Positions 1 through 10,954 of a stretch of DNA of 64,000 nucleotides are shown here, in pieces. The notes beneath the pieces are model-generated. The model had not been told where the DNA came from. It did not search any database and was given only the letters and a program-made list of their open reading frames with translations. Location of the stretch: contig NMRA01000097.1 of assembly GCA_002633005.1 (NCBI GenBank), positions 508,686-572,685 on the forward strand. Reading direction: 5' to 3'. Each line of letters opens with the position of its first letter. The first letter of the stretch is position 1. Both the position numbers and the translations under genes were made by a program. Origin of the DNA: Phoronis australis. Taxonomy: Eukaryota > Animalia > Phoronida.

Positions 1-1403
1 ATCATGCGCACACCCATTTGGCACCGGGGAGAACGACCCCCTCCTCCCTCGTTTGGCGTAGTGGGCAAAAGGGTCATCCACAGAGAAACAAAAAGCACCA
101 AAAACTAGTAAACGAGACATAAGTCCACTACGAATGCAGGGATACCAATATTTGGCGAAAGCAAAATTCGATGCCCTGAGCGCAACCTGTTTTTTTAGTG
201 AAAGGTCTACATTTTTTTATTAAAAGTCCCTCATGTTCTAAAAAATTTGAGCCCCCTCTTTTTAGGCTGGATGTGTGGATCCAAATCCTTGTTCAAGCAA
301 CTGAAACCAAGGTTTCACTTTTCTGAAAGGTTTCTGTAAATACTGTTTAATATTAGCGTGTTTTGATAATGACCATCAAATCAATAGCGAGGCTGAGTTA
401 ACGACAAAAGGCAGGAAATGTCGTTATTGAACGCTTTGCACTATTTCATGCCATCAACTTGTATTTCCTCTTGCTCTGTCAACAAATTCTTAGGCTATGT
501 GCACTTTTGTTAAGGATTCTTACAAACCCCTTCGATCGCATCGCAATTAGCACCACGCCCCACGACCGCTTTGACAATGTTTTTGCAATTAAGAGAATCG
601 ACTCAGCAAGTTTAAAAGCCAAAGAGAGATAAAAATAACGCTACCAAATCAAATCAAAACCGACCAATGTTAGAAATGTCATTCCTAGCAAAGTGTAATC
701 GTCTCGTCTGCTCTTCAGTGAACGTCAGGCTTAAACATTTTTTGGGGAAAATGCGATTAACTGACGAATACAAAGTATACAATGTCTTCAGTAAATACAG
801 TTTGAAAAAACAAGCCGTTAACTAAAAACCTTAACGTTAAAGGTGGTATACTGTAAACGAGTATACAGTAGAAAGATAATAATAAAAATGTGTAATTATG
901 TCAATTCACTTTAACGTACTTTCTCCCTAAGTTTAGTATATCGGCACCTTTGCTAGCCGCTCGTGGAACTATTTGCATAATAAAGATAGCACGATCACAA
1001 TTCACTATTTCAGGTTGTGTTCCGACACAATTTTCTATTTTAAACCATCAGAATTGAGCGAGAGCAGATTGCTTGCAGTTAAGTTTTATGGGAATGTCTA
1101 TCAACGACGTACAGTGTCATATGAAATGCGTATCCAGCGCAAAGAAACATCTACTGTCACAGGTCGTGGGTCAAGGGGTTTGTGGGTCGAAGGTGTCGTG
1201 GGTCAAGGAGGTCGTGGGGTTTTGGGGGTCGCAGGGATCGTGGGGTATGGGATTCGAAGTTTTAAAATAATCCTTTTGTTAAGACTTGTCTTATTCGAGT
1301 TAACATTTCTCCCGTGGGAAATGACTGTCGTTGATACGCAGAGTGCAGGTTGGTCTCGCGCGATTACATTTCGTGAAAGTGTCGTTTTTGAGAATACTCT
1401 TAC

Positions 1404-1617
1404 ACAGTGAAGTATGATGTTGCATATCGAACCCGTTGTCCGTCGCGCGGAGAATTCTTTGATACACTATTGTTGAAATAGGTCCAGGCGTTGAACATTC
1501 GGCTCCGTTAAACGTCAGGTACCATCGGGAACATCCGGGTGAGCCGTGCTGTCGCAGATCTCCGTTGAACTGTACCGCTAGCATACTCTGAGCTGATCTC
1601 TTGGTGTATGTGGCCGA
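1404..1617 (-). CDS. Exon: core of CTHRC1-C-like domain 3 (gene probably continues beyond window start)
   Basis: SATYTKRSAQSMLAVQFNGDLRQHGSPGCSRWYLTFNGAECSTPGPI. Acceptor ttctgcag|, donor T|gtaaga, 214 bp, phase 0 to 1. The expected following EGLC/TGW exon was not found in 1-1400. Confidence 0.9.
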
Positions 1618-3435
1618 CTGCAGAACACATGAATCGTACAAGAACATCTCATTAAAGAACTACCTGAACGATATACCATAGTGTGGAAATGAGCACAAGT
1701 AGGTCATGCTTTAGACAACACCTAGCTACTCAGTTGGCCGGATAGGGGTAACGTGCATAATACTCCCCCTAAGCTTTCAGTACTGATTTTGTCCCGTGCA
1801 CTTTAAACAGGCGGTAGGCGAAATCCGCTAACAGACTATGAGATTTTCACAACATAAAATATACCTTTACTTTTAAACTTGACATTTAAATGCGCTTACT
1901 TTGCAGTGATCTTTTCTTGTTCTAAACATATCTCCGAGGAAACATTGAGATACCTAATTGGCAAAGAATTCGAATTCCAAATTTTGGTCGCCGTAAACTG
2001 GGGCGTGACCCTTGAAAAATGGAATGGGACGATAAGGTGGAGTTTGTGTCGCTTTTACTTTTTGTTCGTGATTCCACGTATTTTCCTCAAAATGACACCC
2101 GTGGTGGGAATCTCGGGCTGACCGCTAACGATTTTCATCGATATGTGTAGGTCATGTTGACTAAATGGTATCCAGAGGCATGACAAGTGTTAACTAAAAT
2201 CCCATGTGCATGTAACCATGTTTTATTTGATCGCATTCGCTGTATTTTGAGTAATTCTAAAGGGGTGTACTATCGCCCCCTTCGCCAGCTATATTCAGGG
2301 CGATGTTATTGCTCAGTCACGCTCAGGTTTTTCAAGCCCATATCTATTTTAAAATTGCAGCTCTTATGACCACGAACGAAATGGCATTTGCGTTGCAGCA
2401 CGCCAGTTAAGCATCTCATTCTGCCTTGCACGGAAGATTTTAGATGGATAACATAAAGGGTATGCACTGCATAATTTTTAGAACTTCGTAGCACTAAAGT
2501 AGAAACTCTGCCTGTTTGCGGGATTCTAATCAATCCATGTCCTGCCCCTTCTTTACTGCACCATTGGCATTCACAAAAGCAGGTTTAAATTAAAAGTCAT
2601 GCTTACTGAGTCAAAAGAATGGCTCCAAATGTTTGAGATTTGACGGGTGTACAAAATCAATGGGTCGTGGACTGTAGCGGAAAACTCCATGAGTACATTC
2701 TCTTGTCAATTTATTGTATAATTCAGATTCATGTTTTAAGTTACGCTTGTATGGGAAAACGATGTTTACGAGGATTAAACTATCAATTATGTTGAACAAT
2801 AAAAGGCAGTAAATAAAAATATTTACCAATCACAAACTGATAAACCTTGTTCTGTTACACGTGGTAGTCAGAAATTGAACATCTACAGTAAGTTTCAGAG
2901 TAAGAAGCCCTTGACACATACACGTAGGCAAAACTTCCGTCAAAACGTCTTTACCCAAGTTTCCTTTACTACCATTTTAAAATAAGTCCCATGTTTAAGA
3001 CCTTCTTAGTTTAACAAAAATAAATTAGTCTATTAAGATGTCTGAGATAGTACTTTGCTCAGTAATAATGCGCTGCGCACGTTCTCCGACTCATCCATAT
3101 TTTCTGAAAAATTACGCAGGAACGTTTTACATTTGAAAAGTACACCTTTGTATCAGGTTCAGCACAATAAAGTACCCACGAAACATTTAAAAGCTCCTAC
3201 AGTTCATGACTCACCGCCTATCACAGGGCATTTCCCCGTATTTAGTTTTAAAGAGCTGGATTAGAAAGTTGTTGACAGTATTTGTTTATTATACTTTTAA
3301 CCGTTGTTGTTGTTGCACTTGGCCGTTTTGGAAAACATGACTTTCACTGTTATATTTTTAGACATCAACAGAATTTACTGAGTTTTTTTAAAGTAACTAT
3401 TAAAAACGATGTTTAACAACTTTTGAAGACCTCAA

Positions 3436-4760
3436 CAGCCGATTTCATGAAGTGCTTTAAAGTTAAACCTGGTTTAAGCTGGACTTAGAGCAGGTTTAAA
3501 GATAATCTGAATTCCATAATGCTGGTTTAACTTTTAGACCAGTGGTCTACTAAAACCTGATTTAACTCCAGTAAAGACATGGTCTAAATCAGTTTTCATT
3601 TCCCCAACGAGGTCTATACTCCTTAGACCTGCATTAAAATCGTAAACCAAGTTGAACTTTAGACTTGGACAGACTCATGTTTAATACTATTTGAATATGG
3701 CAGACTTTTGCTATATAGGTGCAACTGAATGATGCCGTGGTGTGCATTTCCAACGCAGTCTTAGAGCGAGGACAGACCAATTCCAATATTCACTTTTAGA
3801 ACGACACAAGATCAAACGTAACAGGGGGATCAGGAACTTTTATAGGGGGGTCGGTACAATGATTTTTAAAAGGAGTGTCTGGCTCAACAATTTGAAAATT
3901 GTAGATTAGATATCACTGAAATTAAAGGAAAAGGGGGGGGGCGGACCCCCTCCCCCTTGACACCCTGGATCCACCTATACGTAGACCAGCACGTACTGAA
4001 GGGTGTAATTCGAATTCCTCAGAAGTTGACGGGTCGAGCAGAGCGTCATCGTCGCAAGCGCAACGCGTATGCCTGAAAAGGGCATCTAAGGATTCTTCTG
4101 ACCGAGTTGAGTCTCAATTGGTCCTCGATTAAGGTTGTCGGGCAGGGTCCTCCCCCCCCCACACGGAACTATGTGTTTGAATTTACTTTGTTGCGGCTAA
4201 TTGTGAGCAAATACTTTAATGTGTGTATATGTTGGACACAGAATGAAAAACATCTCCTCATGGTATCCTAGATCTGCCACTGGATCCCTCACCGATGTTC
4301 TGAGCATTTTTTCACTGATGAAATTTTGTTCCTTGCCTTTATTATGGAGCAAATTCTCTCCGAGCTTGCTGACTTGATTTGGCACCATATCACTTGTTCT
4401 TAATGACATTTGCTGTTCCTGTCATCGGTTATGGGAGGGAGCACTTTTTCCTCGTGAGAAAAGATTTCAGCCCTTTTCCGCAAATGTCTTCAATGATTCT
4501 ACTGCTGTGTGCCATTGTGTACCCACGTGATCAAGGTTCCGTTGAATCATTCCAATAGCTTCTTGGTTGGGTTAATCCGGACCAACACACTGAGGTGGCT
4601 TGAATACTTAAACCTGGTTTTACTAAATCCGCTTTATGGTCTAAGAAAACCAGACTTTCAGACTTTTATGCATGTTAGGAGTAAAATTAGACCAGGTTTA
4701 GGAAGACCATGGTTACAGATTAAACCTGGTTATAAAAAACCACCTTTATGAAATCGGCTG
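3436..4760. mobile_element. PIF/Harbinger-type non-autonomous element
   Basis: TIRs CAGCCGATTTCAT / ATGAAATCGGCTG with a 3-bp TSD (CAA on both sides). Subterminal AAACCTGGTTTA repeats. A partial copy lies at ~54207-54470. Confidence 0.75.
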
Positions 4761-4965
4761 CAACTGTTACGCTCAATGGTTTCTAACAAATACATGTATC
4801 CAATACGGGTTGCAATACACCAGCCACTCGGTCCACTGGTCGAAATTGTTGTCTAGGAAAGAGAAAAAACCGTCAATACAATCCACCAAGATTTCACATA
4901 AATATGTAATATATATATACTCTGTGCGCATGCGGACCCTCGTTACGACTAGACTATTTACTCAC

Positions 4966-5072
4966 AGCACGTTCGATATGCCCGTTGTCTGTATCATCAT
5001 TCAACGCCCACCAACTCCATTGGTGAAAGTTGTACTCGGGCAATCGTTGGGTGCTACCGTCTCGTGTCACAA
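4966..5072 (-). CDS. Exon: N-terminal part of CTHRC1-C-like domain 3 (VTRDGSTQRLPEYNFHQWSWWALNDDTDNGHIERA)
   Basis: Acceptor ccaacag|, donor GCT|gtgagt, 107 bp, phase 1 to 0. NFHQWSWWALNDDTDNG resembles NYKQCSWSSLNYGIDLG. Confidence 0.85.
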
Positions 5073-5399
5073 CTGTTGGCAAATAGATTACCGTGTAGTA
5101 GTAATACACTTTATTCACCCCGACAAAAATACAGATTTACGCTTACGGAGACTCCGTGAAGTACCCGAAGGTTCCGCTGACCACGTAGCCACCACAGAAT
5201 GAAAAATACTGTGTTACAGGTAATCAGAATTACAAAAATTAGGTGATAATGTAATTTAAAACTACTTGTAAAAAGACTAGGAGTGATTATCGAAAATAGT
5301 TACACACAAAGCAGTTGGAAATAGTGCACTCAAGTTCATAACTTTCAAAACAAACATTCTTAAAATAATTTATAACATAGAGTAACGAATGGGTAAACA

Positions 5400-5947
5400 G
5401 TTTTTGGGAGACACGTTCAGGAACGTTAATAATGATATGGGGTGGGCATTGCGAAGTCAATCTTCAGCACAACAAGGAGTTTGTAGAAGGTGCCGTTGCC
5501 TAGTGTAAAGTTTATAACAGACCCACGGGTTAATAAATTGAACGTGTTAAAAATGAAGATAAGTAATTAAGAACATATTAGTAGAAAAATTTAATAATAG
5601 CAACAACATACAACTCGTTTTTTTGAGTATCTGTGTAGTCTTAAATAAACTTAAGAATCTGTATGGGCATTAAAATAACTAGAGGTACATTGTAATACTG
5701 AGAATAACCTTTTCTGTAATTTGAAAATTCTATGATGTTCACACCCCCATAGTAGAATGTCATAATTAAAATGAGGAAGGACAAAACCATTATATACACT
5801 GTTCAACGTTTCAAAGGGCAAGAAATGTTTTATGTTATTAAGAACACCACAGAATCTGTTTATCTTTCTCAACAAATCGTTTATGTGTGGACTCCATAAT
5901 AAGTTTTGTTGATGGTAACACCAAGTAAATTGAAAGAGCGAACTCAA
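5400..5947 (-). mobile_element. LINE (CR1/L2-group) ORF2 3' fragment
   Basis: LLWSPHINDLLRKINRFCGVL..KHFLP..LNSVYNGFVLPHFNYDILLWG..KLQKR..NAHT is a typical post-RT thumb region. Confidence 0.75.
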
Positions 5948-6239
5948 TCCGTGTACAAGACATTACCCAACAACCAGAGCCAAAACTGCATTAGCCTAAC
6001 GACGTATGGTTTTATTAAGTTCCCACAGTATTCAGAAACCTATTTACAATACGGAATCGGCACTCATTAGGCAGTATCATTTTCTCAATACGTAAACAAC
6101 AACGCAAGCAATATTGTGACGTGTATGAAGGAATGTTACGTGTTCTAATGAAGCCAAGAACAGATAAAATAAGTACAAAGGTACACCGTATAGCGTCAGT
6201 TCAGAATTGAAAATCCATATATATTTTAAACAGCAGTAC

Positions 6240-6395
6240 CTGCACTGATGTCAAGGTTATAGCGAATTTCTTCCACGATAATTTTGCTTACGGAGTTCCA
6301 GCCCGTTGAGCCGTATATAGTAGAGCCCGCCGATCTGGCAATATGGATTTGAATGGATCTTAACCCTGCTTTGATGTTGTCGCACAAACCTTCAA
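6240..6395 (-). CDS. Exon: C-terminal part of CTHRC1-C-like domain 2 (IEGLCDNIKAGLRSIQIHIARSAGSTIYGSTGWNSVSKIIVEE...)
   Basis: EGLC and STGWNSVSKIIVEE closely match CTHRC1 EGLC and STGWNSVSRIIIEE. 156 bp, phase 1-1, acceptor ttgttgtag|, donor G|gtactg. Confidence 0.88.
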
Positions 6396-6904
6396 CTACA
6401 ACAAGAAATCAAGTCCATTGCTTGTTCCATGAGTCAGAACAGAACACGTGTAACCTCAATGCAGCGACATGGTACAACACTTCATGTCATTGACATGTCG
6501 TTCGCACATGCGCTGCCATACTTTAAATTTAGTCTGTAGACAGATGGCAAAGGTAAACAGTGATGGGTTGCCAGCTCATGAAATGTTTTCATGGTGGAGC
6601 TAGGAGAATGTTGCATTCAATGTGCTTTTATATACAGTGTATGTAATCGTTTAATTCAATTGTTTTGTTTGGGAAGACATGGAGGTGGGAATTGCAAATT
6701 CTCTTCACTGACATCAAAACGAGACAATACCGACCCTTTAATTGACATCGATAAATAGCTGTTGTTCATTTCTCAGACTTTAACAGATACTACAAAACAC
6801 CCGACGTAAGTCCTGTGACCGGTTGCATAAAACACTCCCAAATGGGGACTCCACCGGGTTTATTCAATCTTTTGTGTATTTGTTTCGTTCTACCCTCAAA
6901 GTTA

Positions 6905-8565
6905 TAATATTTTATACCACAATATTAGCCTCGAATGGCAGATACAATCGTGTAATAACCCATAAAGACATCTCACCAGTGAGATAACGTTTGGCGGGAA
7001 ACCGAGGACGGAGTCCAACACGGGACCCTGCAATTGGTGGTCGCCGACTTTACCACTACACCATGCAGCGACTGACGTCATCAAGAGTGAAAATAGAATA
7101 CTTAAATGAGCACGCGCAATAATCGCATGTTCAACAAACCGCATTGTACTGTACTTATACGCTACAAAAAATAAGAAACATAATTTCCATAAAAATGATA
7201 TCTTAATTCCGTGAATTTTTTCTCTCATGTACTCGTACTTCTAAATCACCCATCTCCAGTTTGATTGCGGGTATCGTGCCTTCAGGATCTTTGACTTGAG
7301 TATTATATTCAGTTACCAGTGGTAACCTGCTTTAGCAGGCGATAATTTCCCGGTCGAAGCTTAGCGTGAAAAAACGTGTTTTAAGCTATAATAGTTAGTA
7401 AACCTTAATTTATAAATTCAATATTTTTCTATTATATTTAAGTTTTCAATTGGTTTTGAGTTAAATCATTATTTGACAAAAATGCCCTGCTTTTCTTAAA
7501 AGGTCACGACCTCCGATCCCGGGCCTCTGCCGTGGAGAGTCAGAAAAGGTAAATTGATTCATTGCAATGTTTCTCGTTCAGTATGTGGTATAAATAGATT
7601 ATTACATATTCTCAGCCGTTATCCCCTTATCTAGAGCCCTTTTGGATTTTGGAGAATTATCACCCTCGTGGCTAACGCCCCTCGGGCGATAATTCTCCAA
7701 AATGACCTCGGGCTCTAGATAACGGGGGATAACGACTTCGCCATGTAATAATCTATATTTATACCACAATATTGGCCTCGAATGGCAGATACAACCGTGT
7801 AATAAACCATAAAGTTATCTCACTAATTAGATAACATTTTGGCGGGAAACCAAGGCCGGATTCGAACCCGGGCCTCATCAGTTGCGAGTCGCCGACTTTA
7901 CCACTACACCACTCAGCGGCTGACGTCATCGAACGTGAAAATAGAATACTTAAATGAGCACCCGCAGCAATCGCATGTTCAGCAAAGTGCATTGCGCCGA
8001 CAGTTATACGCTATGAAACATAAGATGCATAATTTCCATAAAAACGATATTTTAATTCAGTGAATTTTTTCTCTCGTGTTCTCTCACTTCTAAATCACCG
8101 ATCTCCAATTTGAATGCAGCTATCGTGTGGTCGGGATCCTTTGACTTGAGCATTATAGTCAGTTACTAGTGGTAACCTAGTTTAGCAGACGATATATTCC
8201 CGGTTGAAGCTTAGCGTGATAAAATATGTAGTAAGCTATAACAGTTGCTAAACCTTAATTTATAGGTTCACTTTATTTATATTTTGTTTTATTTTTCAAT
8301 TGGTTTTGAGTAAAAGCATTATTTTACAAAAAATATCTCGGCTTTTCTTAAAAGGACACCACCTCCCACCCCGGGCCTCTGACATAGAAAGTAGTTAAAA
8401 AGCCGATGCGAGTCGAGAAAGGTAGATCGATTCATTGCAATGTTTCTTGTTCAGTAGCCGGTACAAATGGAATATTACATGTTAACAGAAGTTATCCCCC
8501 TTATCTAGAGCACGAGTGGATTTTGGAGAATTATCGCCCGAGGGGCCATGTAATAATCTGTATTT
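6905..8565. repeat. Tandem pair of ~700-bp repeats containing a tRNA-like segment, joined by a ~165-bp hairpin
   Basis: Unit 1 is 6905-7592 and unit 2 is 7760-~8470; both begin TTATACCACAATATT. Hairpin 7593-7759, hairpin remnant 8470-8565. Third copy ~48165-48900. Confidence 0.85.
7840..7922 (-). repeat. tRNA-derived (Pol III A/B box) segment inside the repeat, not a functional tRNA
   Basis: Minus strand TGGTGTAGTGGTAA (A box) ... GGTTCGAATCC (B box). The anticodon stem does not pair. Diverged copies at ~6990-7075 and ~48180-48255. Confidence 0.7.
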
Positions 8566-8790
8566 ATCTATCACTTCATCTTTACCATGAGCTTCTCTTT
8601 AACTGATGTCATTTTCTAATAATATAACTAAAGACTCAGCCTTTACTTCGGTAAAAAATAGTAAAGTGAGACTTAGTCCTTAGATTAGGTGCGTTACATG
8701 GAGAGGTCCCTATTTATTTTCAATGATCTTGAGAATTCATCTTAAATTTCAATCTCCATTTGTATCAAAGCCAAATGTTGACTTACTTAA

Positions 8791-9698
8791 AGGAGAAGGC
8801 AACGGCTACCTATTTCATGTCATTTTGAGAAAAAAAGGTTCGTTGATTATTCTAGATATATTTTTGAGTTAATTATAGCTTTGGCAATTTAAACAATTAC
8901 TCGTCCTCTACTCCGGAAGTGACGCTTTGGGAGGCAAGAATTCCGGGCCAATTTATTTCCATATGGTCTAACTGTGAGAGCTGCCGAGTCGGTCATTGTT
9001 CTATCTCGGTTGTGGTAAGTTCGGTCGATCTTTGTTTTTGTTTATGAGTCAGTCAACATGCCACACTGTTGTTGCGCACCGGGATATACTCATTATCGTC
9101 ACACGGACAGAAGAACAACTGTCCCACTTGTCCGAGTGTCCAGCGACACATTCCCACTGCATAGTGACCTGGCACACAAACTGCTTACAAATCCTGTGTG
9201 ACTCACTCGCCACACAACTGGCACCTTCTAATGATAGCTCCAATGCTTTAGACAAATCCACAATAAACTTATCAAAGTTTGCCTCACCGATCTGTTCATT
9301 GAACAATGAACTATCCTCTTCAATGGGTGTCGAGCTTGACCTGTATTCACTCCTACTACTCAACATCACAGCAGGGCTGCCTACAGGCTCTGGGGGATAA
9401 TGAGTACATGCCGGTACGCAGCAACAGTGTGGCATGTTGACTGACTCGTAAACAAAAGCAAACAACGACCGAACTTATCACAACCGAGATAGAACAATGA
9501 ATGACTAGGCAGCTCTCACAGTCAGACCATATGAAAATAAATTTGGTCCGAAATTCTTGCCTCCCAAAACGTCAGTTCCGGAGTAGAGAACGAATAATTT
9601 ATTAAATTACGAAAAGCTGCAATTAAGTGAAAAATATGTCTGAGATAATCAGCGATCCTTATTTGCTAAAAATGACATGAAAAAGGTTGCCTTCCCCT
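8791..9698. mobile_element. Kolobok-like non-autonomous element, internally deleted, with ~300-bp TIRs
   Basis: Flanked by TTAA on both sides (8787-8790, 9699-9702), termini AGG...CCT. Long inverted arms 8791-~9100 and ~9395-9698, each ending in the THAP start MPHCCC. Confidence 0.85.
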
Positions 9699-9895
9699 TT
9701 AACAGATTCAAACAACAGAACGAAGGGGGATCAGTGTTTTTTCCGACACACGAATACGCAGTAGATTTAGTAGTGTCCATACTTGGGAGTGTTTCATGCA
9801 ACCGTGTACTGAAGCTCTCGTCTGGACGCGTGGGCTTCACGACAAAGGTTCGTTAAAGCATTTGTGAGATACACTGTATATTCCAGTTCACTTAC

Positions 9896-10097
9896 TAACT
9901 CCAGTTCCATCCAAGGTACGGTCAACCGCTCGTTTTTCAGAGTGGGAGAAAATACCATCTATGACACCAGGGCTTGTGCAATCATGGCCGTCAAAACGAA
10001 TATAGTAGTACAGCTGGCCATATCGGTGCAAGGTGATAGTGGATTGAAAAAGAACACGAATAGCAGAGTCTGCTGCTCTCTTAAAGTAGTGGTACGA
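9896..10097 (-). CDS. Exon: core of CTHRC1-C-like domain 2 (SYHYFKRAADSAIRVLFQSTITLHRYGQLYYYIRFDGHDCTSPGVIDGIF...)
   Basis: Acceptor tatttcag|, donor A|gtaagt, 202 bp, phase 0 to 1. SAIRVLF and FDGHDCTSPG match CTHRC1 SALRVLF and FNGAECSGP. Not in the ORF track on this strand. Confidence 0.85.
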
Positions 10098-10954
10098 CTG
10101 AAATACAACAGGAGGCAGTGTGAGGCAAGAAACGCAGTAAAGAAGTTTCCAAGTTTTGGGTTACTTAGGGTTACCCCAAAATGTTACCCAAACCGTTGCT
10201 CCTTGAATATTATATTACTACTAAAGCAAACATTTCAAAATTACTGTGAGTGGAGGCCATTTCTTCCAGAACAATAATGTTGCCGTTTCATGGTGTTTCT
10301 AAATTCGCTTTAGTGTTCCCCGTTTCCATGCAATAGCATTAAATTTATAGGAAGCGAACTAAGCTGTCAATCACTGGAGTGCATTTGTCACTTGAGATGC
10401 ATGTTGTTGGTGCTTGCAGTGGTTCCACTATACAGTCCTTCATTGGTGTGTTAACTACAACCACGCTATTCCAATCAAATAGATGTTGCAATGCCGTCAG
10501 TTACCGACGAATAAAAATATAAAATCGTAAAGCTGCGTAAAACTAAAATGACTAGCGCCGGTACTAAAATATATTAAAATATCCCCACGTATCGAGCGAT
10601 GCGCTCTTTTTCAAGGGTGTACTACAGACTGATAAATACATGTGGATAGAACTAAAATGAAATGGCACAGGGGACCTCATAGTGACATGCAATAAACGTG
10701 TCATACGTAGGCCTGCCCCACTTGTAGTTGTCATGTCCTGTTTTGTTCATATTTTTCACGGTTATTGTATGTTGGATGGTGATTTTTCAAAATACATGTA
10801 TATCTGGTTAACATAGAACAGTGACGTTTTAAGGTCAATCCACGAATTCTCCCTTAGTAGTGCGTCTGGATTGTGGCGTGACAACTTTACAATACAAGGA
10901 ACACAGTGAAGAAACTGACAGTAAGACCAAAAAGTTTTCAAAGTTTTTGCTTAT

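Noticed and set aside
973-1410. Gly-rich plus-strand ORF (possible collagen-like Gly repeats)
   Set aside because: The Gly periodicity comes from a short GGGTCGTGG tandem repeat (1160-1250) on the strand opposite the gene. There is no splice support, and the minus-strand reading is not Gly-X-Y.
7840-7922. Functional tRNA gene
   Set aside because: Acceptor and anticodon stems do not pair properly, and the three copies diverge freely within a larger repeat.
9864-10277. Plus-strand ORFs overlapping exons (also 4810-5202 and 33431-33640)
   Set aside because: They are antisense shadows of real minus-strand exons.
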